A DNA stretch of 64,000 nt from Eledone cirrhosa (GCA_964016885.1 OZ024745.1:14570001-14634000), one strand, 5' to 3'. Positions 10,688 through 25,257 are shown, numbered from the stretch's first letter. Notes: generated by a model not told the origin, from the letters alone. Program-made: numbers and translations.

Positions 10688-13102
10688 GCGCGGGTGACAT
10701 AGAAATAATCGGGCTGGATGCCCGATCGCGCAGTTAAACCACTGGGAGTGAAGAACCCCTAGCCCTTGTCAAGGCATTCTTCTAGGAGAAGGCATCTCAG
10801 GAAACTGGGTTAACTCCGACATAAAACCTGCGGCTCAGTAGTTACCGCTGATGTTGATCTTTTCTTCTTTCGGGTTATAGCTACTGCCGCTCAGAGAGTG
10901 GGATTGGCTCAGTGCACAGTCTTTCCTCACTTTAAAAATATCTTCACGCACAGGCATTGCACGATCAGTTTGTCTTCCTGGGAAGATGTTGCAGACTCCA
11001 TGGAGAGATGCAGTAATGGTGGTCTTGTAGAAGGGAAATGGTAACAGGAATGATTGTGGGAACTACAGAGGTATATCATTGCTTTCTGTTGTAGGAAAAG
11101 TTTTATGTAGGGTGCTTCTGGATCGTCTGCTGACACACATTGCAGATTATGTTCTTCCTGAAAGTCAATCTGGTTTTCGTGCTGGACGCGGCACTACTGA
11201 TATGATCTTCTCAGTTAGACAGCTCCAGGAGAAGTGAATGGAACAAGGATAGGATCTGTATCAGGTTTTTGTCGATCTGACAAAAGCTTTCGATACTGTT
11301 AACAGAGATGCATTGTGGAAGGTTCTCCAGAAACTTGGTTGCCCTGATAAGTTCCTTGCTTTAGTCAGGTCTTTCCATGACGACATGAAGGCTTGGGTTA
11401 ATGTCGGAGGTAACATGTCGGAGCCTATCTCAGTAAAAAATGGAGTGAAACAGGGGGATATTCCAGGACCGACTCTGTTTGCCATATACTTTGCAATGTT
11501 CTTTTGTATTGCATTCAGAAATTGCGAGCATGGTGTTTACATCCGATATCAAACCTCAGGCAGCATATTTAACATCAGGCACTTTGCTGCAAAGACAAAA
11601 GTATTTACATCAATCATAAGAGACCTCTTGTATGCAGATGATTGCGATCTTGTAGCGCACACAGAAAGTGATATGCAGCACATTTTGAATGCATTTTCTG
11701 ACGCTTGCACTGCCCTAGGATTGACTGTCAGTCTCAAGAAAACCGTCGTCATGTACCAACCTGCCCCTGGTAAGCAGTACACTGAACCAAATATATATGT
11801 GTATGGTAAACGACTTGGAGTGGTTGATCAGTTTGTTTACCTGGGAAGCACTGTCAATCGATACAGCAACCGTGACAGTGAAATCTCACTTAGGATTAGG
11901 AAAGCAAGTTATGCTTTCGGAAAGCTAGAAAGGCGACTCTGGGGTCGGCGAGACATATGCAGGAGGACAAAGGTAAAGGTGTACAAGGCATGTGTGATCT
12001 CTTGTCTTCTTTATGCCTGCGAGACCTGGGTCACATATCGACACCACCTTAAGCAATTGGAGTGTTTCCATCAGATGTGTCTCAGACGGATCCATGGAGG
12101 GACCACATCAGTGATGTCGAGATTTTGGAAACCTCTATGTGTGACAGTATAGAAGCTCTTGTGCTTAAGCAACGACTCCGTTGGATTTGTCACCTTGCCA
12201 GGATGAAGGATTCTAGAATACCAAAACAACTCTTTTATGGAGAGTTGGTTAAAGGAAAACGACCGCCACATAAACCAAAAAAGAGGTATAAGGATTCCTT
12301 GAAAGCCTCTTTGAAAGACGCTGATACATGGGAAAATATTGCTGCTGATCGTAATAAATGGAGAAATACTGTATATAAGGGAAAAGTTGCCTTTGAGGCA
12401 TCTCGAATTGCATACGAGAAAGTAAAGCGGGATGTGAGGAAGGGCATTGCTGTTGCACTTCCAGACGGCGAGGGTCCTCCTATGGTGGTGACATGCAGCG
12501 TCTATGCGAGACTCTGCCTAAGCAAAGCTGGACTCGAAAGTCATCTTCGCAGTCATAAAGTAAGACAAGTGGTTAACTACCAGGCTGCTGTTGGAGATGC
12601 TACTCATCATGCTTGTCAAGCATGTGGTAGAGAATGTAAATCAGCAGGAGGGCTCAAGCGACATGCAAAAGTACACGAACTCCAACCACAGCCGGCTATT
12701 CCCAGTGAATGTTTTGGTTGCCGACTCTGTGCAAGACATTTTAGATCTGGGCTAAAAAGCCACATTCGATCGCAGCGCTGTTAGTTGCTATCGTGTGTGT
12801 GTGTATACATATGTTTATGTGTGTGCGTGTGTGTGTATATATATATGTATATGTATATTATTATTGTTGTTGTTGTCGTTATTATTATTGTTGTTATTAT
12901 TATTATTAATATTATTGTTATTAATGTATATGTGTGTGTGTATATATATATGTGTGTATATATGTATATGTATGTGTGTATATATATATATATATATATT
13001 TTTATTTTTATTTTATTTTATTTTTTATTTATTTATTAATATTTTTTTCTCCTCGTGCAATGGCCATACTCGATAACGGGGGGGGGGGGGGGGCAACCAT
13101 CA
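10688..13102 (+). mobile_element. RTE (BovB-like) LINE, internally deleted: 5'UTR joined directly to RT, with C-terminal C2H2 zinc fingers
   Basis: 5'UTR motif TCTAGGAGAAGG. RT motifs NYRGISLLS, ESQSGFRAGRGTTDMIF, FVDLTKAFDTV, GVKQGD and LLYADD. Thumb motifs RLRWICHLARM and QLFYGEL. 3' stem-loop TACTCG..CG-GCAACCATC followed by (ATGT)n. Contains stops and frameshifts. Confidence 0.92.
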
Positions 13103-13112
13103 TGTATGTATG

Positions 13113-15380
13113 TATGTTCTTCTGGTTTTATAATTTCACAAATTTCCCAAAAGAGAGAGTCGGTTTCTAACATAGACACAAGACTCTCTCATTGGAATTT
13201 ACACAACATCAACTAGGTAGGTATGTATGTATGCATGCATGTGTAGATATGGATGTTATTGTATGTGTGGATGTGTATGTTTTGAGTTGTATGTGTGCAT
13301 GTGTATATGCTTTGCATCTGTACATGTTTATATGCAGTTATTAGATGCAAAATCTTTGGAGTATTTTACATATTTTTTATTGTTCCATTAATGGATTGTA
13401 CTTGTAATTTCTTAACTAGTTGTGTTCTTTCTGTTCCTCTGAAGCCCAGCTTCTCAAGATTTGTATTGAGGCAGTTACTAACATATCCCAGTGCCCCAAT
13501 AATCACAGGCATAAATCTGAAGGTGTAATCTGGGTGGAGTATCTGCATAAATATTCTCTGCATAAATATTCTCCTTTTCGCTAATCTTTGATATTATATT
13601 GGCATCTGCTGGGCAGCTAATTTCCACTACTGTGCATGCTTTCTTCCCCCTGTCCCATATCATAATATCTGGTCTGTTATGCCTGCATTTTATTGGGGTT
13701 TTTACTGGAACATTCCACCAGTACTCTTTCATATTATGTACATGGATGTCTTCCACATTGCTGTAGCTTTGTGTTTATTATCGGGGCTATCTTTTTTACG
13801 AACTGCATTGTACAGTGCTCTGGCCACTACATCATGCCTCATAGGCAGATAGTACCGCGGTGACATCTTTGGACAGCTGCTGATGACATGGGTGATATCC
13901 TCGATGTTAGTTCTGCAGAGTCTGCATTTGTTATCACATCTAGGTGTTTTGCCTGCATCCCTATCTCTTTTGTGAATCAGGTATTTCGTGTTAATCTCCT
14001 GTTCTTGGATTGCAAAAGCGTATCCTTCAAAGTGGGAGCCAATATAGCGGTTGTTGGTCCAAGATAGACTACTTTCCTTATCTACATTACTCTCACTCTG
14101 GAGCTTCCTGGCAACATATCCATGCATGATTTTTTGCTGATAAGCATGCAGTTTTTCATCCATGGATTCACTGCGATACTGCTGAGCGACATCCCTGTGT
14201 GTGAGGTTTTGATTATCACACAGGGAAAATCTCTCGAGGAGTTCCTTCCTAACTTTCATGATCTTATCATGCAGATAGACTTGCTCAAGAAACGGGCTCC
14301 TACGCTTCGAGGTTCGTAGATGTTGTCGGAGAGACATTCAAATGTTGTCTGGACTGATGTTAAGCCTCTGCCCTCATGCTTACGTTTCAAGTAAAGGCGG
14401 TCTATGTCACTGTTGATGTGGAAGTTTCCGGTGTTGTTCAATATTTTTCGAGTTCCAACATCAACTGCTCGGATTTCGTCTATCGTCCAATTGAGTATTC
14501 CAAACGTTGGTGTTAGGACAGGCACAGCAAACGCATTGTGAGCCACTGTTTTGTTTTGCGCAGAGAGTTCCTATGACCAGATCTTTCTTAATCGGGTGTA
14601 ATATTCCCTGGTTACGCGTTCTTTATTACAGATACCATAATAGGATATGTTCTCATCTATCCCCAGGTATCTGTAGCAGTCCTCATCAAATATCGGTGAA
14701 ACAGTTAGGCCATTGATGACAATGTTGCTAGATTGGGTTGTTGTTTTTCCCCGCTTTACAGTCATGTATGCGCATTTATCTTGGCCAAGCTCCATTCCTA
14801 TATCCTTTGAGAACGTTGTAACCAGGTCAAGATTTTTCTTCATCCCATCCATGTTCTTGGCATAGAGTTTCAGATCGTCCACAAAGAAATTATGGATTAG
14901 GTTCGTATTTCTGTCCTCCTGTGAGCCAATGATGTATCCCTCACATTTCGTGAGCAGAAAGGACAAGGGGTTTAATGTCAAGATAAATCATATCACAGAG
15001 AGACTGTCCTCCTGAAATATACCCCTGCAATATTTTATTTTATCAGTGAAAATAGAGTCCTCCCTCTCTGTCTTTAACCTTAGGATAGTAGCCTAAGAAG
15101 AAGACAGCCTCTCTATGGCTCTGACAATAATGTCTGGGACTTTAGCAAGTTGAAGGGCGTCTATCATCCAAGAGTGAGGAACAGAATCGAAAGCTTTCCT
15201 GTAGTTCAGCCAGACTGTATCCATATTCTTCCTAAGTTTTCGCATCTCCGACATCGCAGTTTTGTTGATTAGGAGTTGTTCAGCACATCCCCCAAACCCC
15301 TTTCTTTCCAGCTGCTTGTTCATACGTGATGATCGTATTATTTTCACAGTGATCTTGGAGGAATAGATTCAGGCAGGCTG
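13113..15380 (-). mobile_element. R4/Dong-like (RLE-type) non-LTR retrotransposon, 5'-truncated and degenerate
   Basis: YRKAFDSVPH, FQEDSLS, FFVDDLKLY, YRYLG, CCHC motif CRLC..EDITHVISSC, RHD and RPDIMIWD..VEISCP. Both ends abut (CATA/TATG)n. Confidence 0.9.
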
Positions 15381-15751
15381 TATGTATGTATGTATGTGTG
15401 TATGTATGCATGTGTGTGTATGGGTGTATGTTTGTATGTATGTATGTATTTATGTATGTATGTATGTATGTATGGATGTATGCATGTACGTATGTGTGTA
15501 GTATGTATGTGTGTTTGTATGTACGTATGAGTGAATGTACGTATATGTTTGTATGTTTATGTATGTATATATGTGTGAGTGCATGAATGTATGTACTTAG
15601 GAAGAGACACTGGATTTGACAAGGAAGACCTACAAACCTTGATGGAAAACACGTGAAGTTGTGATTGCTGTCTCGCCTCTCACCCAAGGGCGATGGATAA
15701 AGATAAGATGTATGTGTGTGTGCATATATACGTACGTATATATGTATGTAT

Positions 15752-16667
15752 GTATGTTCTTCTGGTTTTATAATTTCACAAAGTTTTACCAATAGAGAGA
15801 GAGTCGGTTTCTAACATAGACACAAGACTCTCTCATTGGAATTTACACAACATCAATTAGGTAGATATGTATGTATGCATGCATGTGTAGATATGGATGT
15901 TATTGTATGTGGGGATGTGTATGTTTTGAGTTGTATGTGTGCATGTGTATATGTGTATGTGCAGTTATTAGATACAACATTTTTTGAATGTCTTACATAT
16001 TTTTACTGTTCCATTAATGGATTGTACTTGTAATTTCTTAACTAGTTGTGTTCTTTCTGTTCCTGTGAAGCCTAGCTTCTCAAGATTTGTATTGAGGCAG
16101 TTACTAACATATCCCAGTGCCTCAATAATCACAGGTATAAATCTGAAGGTGTAATCAGGGTGGAGTATCTGCAGATTTCTCATCAGTTCTGCATAAATAT
16201 TCTTCTTTTCGCTAATCTTTGATATTATATTGGCATCTGCTGCGCAGCTAATTTCCACTACTGTGTATGCTTTCTTCTCCTTGTCCCATATCATAATATC
16301 TCGTCTGTTATGCCTGCATTTTATTGGGGTTTTTACTGGAACATTCCACCAGTACTCTTTCATATTATGTACATGGATGTCTTCCACATTGCTGTAGCTT
16401 TTAATGTGTTTATTATCGGGGCTATCTTTTTTACGAACTGCATTGTACAGTGTTTTGGCCACTACATCATGCCTCATAGGCAGATAGTACCGCGATGACA
16501 TCTTTGGACAGCTGCTGATGACATGGGTGATATCCTCGATGTTAGTTCTGCAGAGTCTGCACTTGTTATCACATCTAGGTGTTTTGCTTGCATCCCTATC
16601 TCTTTTGTGAATCAGGTATTTCGTGCTAATCTCCTGTTCTTGGATTGCAAAAGCGTATCCTTCAAAG
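15752..16667 (-). mobile_element. Second 5'-truncated copy of the same R4/Dong-like family
   Basis: ORF 15968-16501 encodes the RLE domain. Its 3'UTR is highly similar to 13113-13400. Flanked by (TATG)n on both sides. Confidence 0.9.
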
Positions 16668-16695
16668 TGTATGTATGTATGTATGTATGTATGTT

Positions 16696-17173
16696 TGACA
16701 AAGGGCGAAATAACTCATAAGAGTCATCGGTCATCCAAAAATATGTAAATATGTATATACACATGTACATGTGTGTGTATAAGTATATGTGTATATGCAT
16801 GGGCGCATGTCTATGTTTATGCGCGGGGACATAGAAATAGTCGGGCTGGACACCCGTTCGCGCGGTTAAACAACTGGTAGTGAAGGACCCCTAGCCTTTG
16901 TGATGGCATTCTTCTAGGAGAAGGCAACTCAGGAAACTGGGATAACTCCAATATAAAACCTGCGGCTCAGTAGTTATCGATGATGCTGATCTTTTCTTCT
17001 TTTCGGGTTATAGCTACTGTCGCTCAGAGAGTGGGATTGGCTCAGTGCACAGTCTTTCCTCACTTTAAAAATATCTTCACGCACAGGCATTGCATGATAG
17101 AATTAATTGTTAATAATTAATAATGGTATATCGTGCAATGGGCCATACTCGATAATGAGGGGGCAGCCATCAT
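16696..17173 (+). mobile_element. Non-autonomous bipartite RTE derivative (5'UTR + 3' end only)
   Basis: 16822-17098 matches the 5'UTR at 10688-10965. 17130-17173 matches the 3' end at 13053-13102. No ORF lies between them. Confidence 0.85.
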
Positions 17174-17317
17174 GTATGTTTGTAGATATACAGGGTAAAT
17201 GCCCTCTTCGGCACATGGGATTTGGACCCGGGAAATTACCAACCGAGGCACAAGCCCAGGCATGTATATATATTATGTGAAGCAAAATATCCGCGCTAAC
17301 ACAGGCCATCTCATACG

Positions 17318-17417
<100 letters not shown>

Positions 17418-17829
17418 CATTTATGTATATAGATTCTTTAGAAATGTATTTCTCTCTAAGTATAATTTTTCAAGGAATTCTTTAAATCCACCAGCCAATG
17501 ACCTCCACCCATCCCAATCACCAAAGGACACGATGTATGCTTTGCTGTCCCCTTTCTTCTTAATGACAGCCAGAGAGATTTTGTGCATAATGTTTACTTC
17601 TTGAGATTTTAGTTTTAATATTTTAGAGCGGCCATTGTGGTTGTAATTTCACAGCGAGGGTTCACTGCTTTTACGAGAGTGAGATTGACAAGGGACTACA
17701 TATGTGGAACTTGGCTGGAATAAATAGCACAATACGTATTTGTTCCAGTCAGTGCTTTTATCGGAATATTTTGTTGGTGATTCTTATATCCCCCGCTGAC
17801 ACACACACAAACACACACACAAACACACA

Positions 17830-17869
<40 letters not shown>

Positions 17870-18083
17870 CGCACACACACAAACACACACACATACATAC
17901 ACACAAACACACAAACAAACATGCATGCGCGCGCACACACACACATTCAATATAAATACACACACACACATACACACACATTGAATATAAATACACACAC
18001 ACATACACACACATACACGCACCTACACGCATACACAAACATACACACACACAGACACAAATACACAATTAAACGCACACACT

Positions 18084-18129
<46 letters not shown>

Positions 18130-18389
18130 CAGACCCCCCACACACATGTATATGCACACACGCAGAAACGCGCACGTCTGCCCACACACAAACACACACA
18201 TACACACACACACACACACATGTATATACACACACATATATATATATGCATATACAACTTGTCATCTATCAACGTTTCGTTACGAGGCCTAGATCAATCC
18301 AATATTATGTAGAAGTCACTTAAGAATCTGTAGACTCCACAACAATATAGTCACGAACAAACACTATACTCATCGTCGAAAACAGAAAC

Positions 18390-18585
18390 CATAATTATCG
18401 CTTTCTGATTTAAGCACAATGTCAACCCTTTTGGGCGACGGGAATGTCGTTTAAACAGACCCCATTACAGGTACTTTATTTTATAAGGATGAAAGGCGAA
18501 GTTAACCTTTGAAGGATTTCAACTCAGATCGTAAAGGGCGTAACCCTATGCCATAAAGCTATCGATACTGCCAATCCACCACCGT
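18390..18585 (-). mobile_element. tRNA-derived SINE
   Basis: gatactgccaatccacc (reverse complement of the head) and ggatgaaaggcgaagttaacc (reverse complement of the body). Confidence 0.8.
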
Positions 18586-18818
18586 GGTTGGTTCCATAAT
18601 TATCAATACTTATAATTAGTATCTCATTTATCTCATTTCTTTGCTTTCTTATTACTTAAATGTCTTCATCGTTACAAATACAAACGAAGACTATTTTGAA
18701 AAAAATCTAAACAAAATATCTGACATTAAAACTATATTAATTTTATCAGGCGGATGTTGTGTGTTTATTGATCGTAATAAGAGTGGAGACGAACTGAACA
18801 TCTTGGTAAAATTCATTG

Positions 18819-19130
18819 AAATATAAGGTTATATACTGGCAATAGATAGTACTGATTAGAATATCATTTAAATATAAGGTTATATACTGGCAGTAGATGG
18901 TACTGATTAGCATATCATTTAAATATAAGGTTATATGTTGGCAGTAGATGGTACTGATTAGCATATCATTTAAATATAAGGTTATATACTGGCAGTAGAT
19001 GGTACTGATTAGCATATCATTTAAATATAAGGTTATATACTGGCAGTAGATGGTACTGATTAGCATATCATTTAAATATAAGGTTATATACTAGCAGTAG
19101 ATGGTACTGATTAGCATATCATTTAAATAT
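18819..19130. repeat. 51-bp tandem repeat, ~6 copies
   Basis: Unit aatataaggttatatactggcagtagatggtactgattagcatatcattta. Confidence 0.95.
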
Positions 19131-19870
19131 TTTGAATTCTATTTTAATTGTGCTGCTTTGTAGAAGAGTAAACATCTCAGGTCGCTAAAATCACACCTTT
19201 CTGTTTAACATCTTTTGTGAAGATTATCATCCGTAAAGATAGGAGAAGGGGAAACGTATTTATTAGTTTGCTCCTTTGGGAGATTTGTAATGCAAAGGTG
19301 TTTAACGTACTTTATCTGTGTGTGAAACCAAAATATTGATCGCATTTCGATTTGAAATCATTTTTATACTAATAACGTTTGTATCACACATAAAATAGGC
19401 GTGACAGATGGTTTTTAATGTTGACACATTTTTGACTTTTATAGAATCAAATTGATTAACACATCGTTGGATCAATTTCAAATATTGATTACAACATGGA
19501 AATGTTTTTATAAAAACATAAGAAGAGAATTTGTACCATAAAAGATGTAAAAATAGACAGAAGATACGTACAATAATGATTCCTAAATTGGTTTCCACAT
19601 CTTAAACAAACAAGGTATGCCAACTAGAAATATTTCAGTTTCATTACTTATAAATGATTTATAGCAGATAATTAAAAGAAAGTTGAAGTCAAATAAATAT
19701 CACAAATACCTAATTCTTTCATTTTTTGTTTTGGGGGGAGGGGGGGGGGGCACATAATTTATTCTAGATTAAATGACTGAAACAGGAACAAGTATCATAA
19801 ACCAGATATGATTCAGTATTAAGGTAAATATCTCTAATCAATAAAAACATGTAAACGAAACCTCCCCCCT

Positions 19871-19953
<83 letters not shown>

Positions 19954-20380
19954 AAGTTATATTTAAAATTGTTGGGTTACAACTAGTAAATATTTATAAC
20001 TGATATAAAAGCACTCGACAAATATTTGGAGTATATTTACAATATTAAATAAATGGAAAACTATATTTATAAAACCATATCTATTTCATTATATATATTT
20101 CGGGGATATCATATTAACAATATGCTATGCCTTCATCAAACAAAATACAATATAAACAGTTTTATAGATAAATATATTCGACATACCGTAATAAACATCA
20201 ACTTCATTTGAAGAGGTTTACGCTAGCAGTGAAAATACAGAGAGAAAGAAAGAGAGAGAGAAAAGAGGGAAATAAGAAAGAAAGAAAGACAAAACGAAGA
20301 AAAGGAAGAAAAAGAAGAAAAAGAAAAAGAAGAAAAAGAAGAAATGCATGGGACAAAATAGAGAGATGGAAAAATAGATA

Positions 20381-21857
20381 AATGACAATAATAATAGGTT
20401 TATTCAACTTGATATAGCTAACTATTATTCTTCTATTACCCCTAGTCTACTAAATAAGGCACTAAATTACGCATTCAAACATACGGACCTAACTAGCAAA
20501 GAAATGCATATTATATTATCGGCTAGGAAAACTTTGATAGAATTTGATGACAAATTATGGACCAGAGCAGATAGAGATAGCAATTTTGACATAACTATGG
20601 GATCTTCCGACTCAGCTCAGGTAACTGACCTTGTGGGCTTATTTTTAATCAATTCGCTACATAGGAAAATACCTGGTACTACCGGAGGTTTATATAGGGA
20701 TGACATGCTTTTACTTATTAATAATAATAACCCTGAACTAAATAGAAAATGTAAACAAATTACAAAATTTTTTAATTACTTTAACCTTAAAATAGAAATT
20801 GAGAACAACCATAGAATAGTCAATTTCCTAGATATAACATTAAATCTCAACACATGTCTCCACTATCCTTTTCACAAGTTGAATGAAAACTTAAACTATG
20901 TCAACTTTAACTCTAACCACCCCAGATCTGTCAAAAACACTATAGTAAACTCAGTCCAAAAACGTATCTCTAGGATCTCGTCGAATAGAAAGATTTTTGA
21001 CGAAAAGGCCCAATACTATAATGATGCACTAGCTAGGGCAGGGTATGCTGATAAGATTGTGTACATAGATAATGATAAACAAACTAAACAAAGTAACAAC
21101 TTTTTTAATTACGGCAACAACATTAACAACTATAATAGAAAGCATTACAATAATTCCAAAGGACAAAAAAGAAATAGAACTAGGAACATAATTTGGTTTG
21201 CCCCCCCCCCCTTTCTCACTAAACATTAAAACCCACATCGCTAAATTATTTTTCAAAGCTCTTGATAATCGCTTCCCTAGAACACATAGGTACCACTCAA
21301 TCTTCAATAGGCATACAATTAAATTAACCTACTCATCCACCAAAAATTTAGCACAAAATATTAATAGAATAAATAATAGGAACTTAAAACCTACTGATAA
21401 TAGCATAAATAATATACAAGTTAACAAATGTAACTGTAGAGATAGATCTAAATGTCCGTTAAATAACAACTGCTTAGTTAAAAATATAGTATACAATTGT
21501 AATGTTAATACTGACTCTAATTCTTTTAACTACGTCGGTTCCACATCGACGGAATTTAAACTTCGCTATAATAACCACAAGAATTCTTTCACAGATCCAA
21601 ATAAAAAATCTTCAACGGCACTATCAGGGGTACTCTGGCAACTTAAGCTAGATAACGTTAGATATTCGACGGCTTGGAATATAGTCTCAAGAGGGATTCC
21701 TTTTAATTCATCCTCTGAGACATGTGACCTCTGCGCAGAGGAGATATTCTTTATACTAAAATCTAAAAATTCCCTTAACCTACGGACAAATTTATTCAGT
21801 TGTTGCAAACATAGATTAAACTCAACGTTTAAATATAAATTTAAATTTAAAATGTAG
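20381..21857 (+). pseudogene. PLE reverse transcriptase + GIY-YIG endonuclease (5'-truncated, one frameshift at poly-C 21201-21211)
   Basis: FIQLDIANYYSSI, FDITMGSSDSAQVTDLVG, GLYRDD, VNFLD, SNHP, RNIIWFAPP, IFNRHTIKLTYS, CNCRxxxxCPLxxxC, IVY...YVG, FKLRYNNH, CDLC and CKHR. This motif set is characteristic of the Naiad clade. Confidence 0.9.
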
Positions 21858-23041
21858 TATATTTAGTTTGATTTATATTTATATGAGAACTAGCCGATAA
21901 ATCTTTTGATTCCTAAATCTTTGATACCCTCTTTTTACTCTTTTTATTGTTTATTTTATTTTATTTATTTTTATTTTTATTTTTATTTTTATCTAAACAT
22001 TCCTCATGAAAAATTAAGCTACCCTAAAAGCCGATGCTCCAAATTTTTTGAATTAACCTTACACTAGATAAACTTATATATTAAATATTGGAACATATGT
22101 AGACATTATTGGACATCATAATCTTTTTTGCGATATTCCTTGCTAGATGTGATTTGATAGATAATTTTTGGCTTTGTCTTGTAATGAACTTGGCAATATA
22201 TTGTCAATTAACTTTGAAGGGTTGTTCTTTGTGGTTTATTTTTATTTTCATTTTTATTTTTATTTTTATTTTTATTTTTATTTTTATTTTTATTTTTATT
22301 TTTATTTTTATTTTTATTCTTTTAGTATTGTAGTATTCTATAATATTTTTATTTTTTATTTTATTTTATTTTTATTTTTTTATTTTTTTATTTTTTTATT
22401 TATTTTTAATATTTTTATATGTAAATTTTTATTTTTAATATTTTTATTTTTATTTTTATATGTAAATTTTTAATACGTAATATTTTTAATACGTAGTATT
22501 TTTAATATGCAATATTTTTATTATGTAATATTCTTTCGTAATATTTTTTTTAGTTTTCTATTCTATATTTTTATATATTTTTACTTATTATCATTATTAT
22601 TGTTATCTTTGTTTATAATATAATATATATTTTCGATTAGTATATTGAAATCTGCTCTCTATTTCTGCTTGATAGATAATCTTGTAGCGTAATCGCAAGA
22701 ATAATAATACGCTCAAATTTTTATACCACATTGAGAATGTTTTCCGGTAACTTAGAATTTGCGGAGTGAATCAGTTGGATTCACATTGATGTTTGTAGCT
22801 GTCACATAGACATATGAATTTTTTAAAAACTAAACATGAGATAATGAATTTTCACGCATTGTGAATACTTGTTTCATTCAGGAATACTGATATTTACAAT
22901 ATAGTGTAAGTTTTATAAATACTAATACATTAAAACATAGGGTTTTCTACGCCTCGAATATGTCTGGCTATTTTTAAATTTTTTCTCTCTCTATATCTCT
23001 CTATATCTCTCTATATATCTCCCTTACATTAATACTTGAGC

Positions 23042-23072
<31 letters not shown>

Positions 23073-23432
23073 ATGCATCATTGATACACTTACTCAAAAT
23101 GACCTCCCACTACCTAATTTTCTATATATATATATGTATCTATCTCTATTTCCTCTCTCTCTCTATATATATATATCTTTCTGTCTCTTTACATGAAGCT
23201 CTTCGCTTTATCTATTTTTCCATCTCTCTATTTTGTCCCATGCATTTCTTCTTTTTCTTTTTCTTCTTTTTCTTCCTTTTCTTCGTTTTGTCTTTCTTTC
23301 TTTCTTATTTCCCTCTTTTCTCTCTCTCTTTCTCTCTCTCTGTATTTTCACTGCTAGCGTAAACCTCTTCAAATGAAGTTGATGTTTATTACGGTATGTC
23401 GAATATATTTATCTATAAAACTGTTTATATTG

Positions 23433-23498
23433 TATTTTGTCTGATGAAGGCATAGCATATTGTTAATATGATATCCCCGAAATATATATAATGAAATA
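23433..23498 (+). ncRNA. Minimal type I hammerhead ribozyme in the PLE pLTR
   Basis: Stem I tattttgt/atgaaata, CUGAUGA 23441-23447, long stem II, GAAA 23479-23482, palindromic tatata in place of stem III, then UA. The inverted copy at about 20082-20147 has UUGAUGA. Confidence 0.75.
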
Positions 23499-23536
23499 GA
23501 TATGGTTTTATAAATATAGTTTTCCATTTATTTAAT

Positions 23537-23609
<73 letters not shown>

Positions 23610-24902
23610 GTTTAGGTAAATAACTCAAATAAACGAATGATGTGAGAGTGGATATGTACATTTATGTGTGTATCTGTTTTTTGATTGTGTTTACGTCTAA
23701 CATCACTTCAAAACCGGTGTGCTGTTTTTTTTTTATATCTCTTAACAATTCGAAAATAATAAGTAATGGATTCGATATGATAGAATATCCCAGAATGGCC
23801 GATGTCCAATGACTGAAACCAGTAAAAGAGTAAAAGAATAACCTCTAGTTTTACACTATGAATATGTTTGCTGCTCTCACAATATAGTTGATTCACGATT
23901 TATCCTTTGCTGGCTTTAATGTATGAAACGCTTTCAATGCTTTAAGCTGTATATAATAAGTTGAGAATTTCATTCATAAAACGATGTGGCATTTGTGTAA
24001 TATTGGTATCTATGGTAATATCACATTCCTGGTTTATACCTGGAATAGAAATGCGAAAATGAAGATGAATAATTCTTGGCTATAAAGCTAGATCATAGAT
24101 TTCGGTGATCCGGAATGTTATAAACAACCCAACTGAAACTGATAGCTTTTGCTTTATAATGGACTTTTCCGATATATATGACTGGAATATTAGAGTATTT
24201 TACATATGTTGCTTTGAATATTGAAAATATTGCATCATTAAATTAGTATTCTATGAACAACAATTTTCGTTCCAGTAAACATAGATTAATAATGCCAAGA
24301 ATTATAGAATAGAAGTGTAGCGTCCACATGTCTAAAACGTTATTCTCGATGCCTGAAATATATATTTCTTTTGCAGTCAATTGATAAGATGTCTAAATGA
24401 ATTTCATCTTTTTGTAGGAATATAGACTAAAGTATAAAATACAATTACATTTATGTTTCAATATTCCATTACATTATTCTTCTGAAGAAAGGAAAAATAT
24501 ATTTATAATGATGTTTTAAAATAATATTATTGCACCAAAATCTAGACGTATGCTGGAAGTGTTTCGGAATTAAATGTTGGCATATATCTTTACAAATTAA
24601 AAGAGAAAACAATCATTTTTCTGGCACTAAATTCGATACTGTAAATATCTAAACTGACTCCACAACAACAAAAAGAACAGAGTTAAATTACTCTAGTATA
24701 GGATATTCATGACTGAAATAGTGTTGTATAAATAAACCCTTTAGTGTGTATTAAATATAAATGTTTTCGTGCCTATTACAATTATAATGTTTCATCTGTT
24801 AATTTCAATGCACTATTACACTAAATGTTTAAAAATAATACCCAGTCTAATCTGTAAACGACTGCATCTTATAAACATTCATTTGAATTATGTTATGTAA
24901 GA

Positions 24903-25062
24903 GGGCGGAATAATTGGCGGAGTTGTTAGAACCTTGGATAGAATGATTTGCAGTATTCGTTCCGGCTTTCTTCTCTCCGAGTTAAAATCCTGCATGGGTC
25001 AGCTTTGCTTTTCATACATTCGAAATCGATAAAAAAATAGCAGTCTAATACTGGGGTCAATT
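24903..25062 (+). mobile_element. Diverged tRNA-derived SINE
   Basis: ttggcggagttgttag ... gagttaaaatcc ... ctttgcttttcat ... tcgataaaa ... tactggggtc. Confidence 0.7.
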
Positions 25063-25257
25063 CTTCCTCTATATCTCTTTCTCACTTACATTCTCATATT
25101 TTCTATACTTCTCTGGAAGAAATTGTGTCGTGGATGGATTCCAATAGTTTGAGATGTGTTCGAGTACATGCGGCGAGGAGATGGAAATGAAGTGATCAGT
25201 TATTATTGACCCTTTGTAAGTAGGATGATGGTAAAGGAGTAATTTTTCTGGACTAAT

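Larger units (their letters stand above)
19951..23542 (+). mobile_element. Penelope-like element (Naiad-type), 5'-truncated, with an inverted pLTR, inserted in (TA)n
   Basis: 20038-20382 is the reverse complement of about 23207-23542. (TA)n on both flanks, RT + GIY-YIG ORF inside, and a hammerhead motif in the pLTR. Confidence 0.9.

Noticed and set aside
20381-22055. Selenoprotein-type Naiad (in-frame UGA plus SECIS); ATGA...TGAA hairpin at about 22006-22052
   Set aside because: All visible conserved Cys codons are TGT/TGC with no in-frame TGA, and the AA loop spacing does not fit a SECIS. The missing 5' part cannot be assessed.
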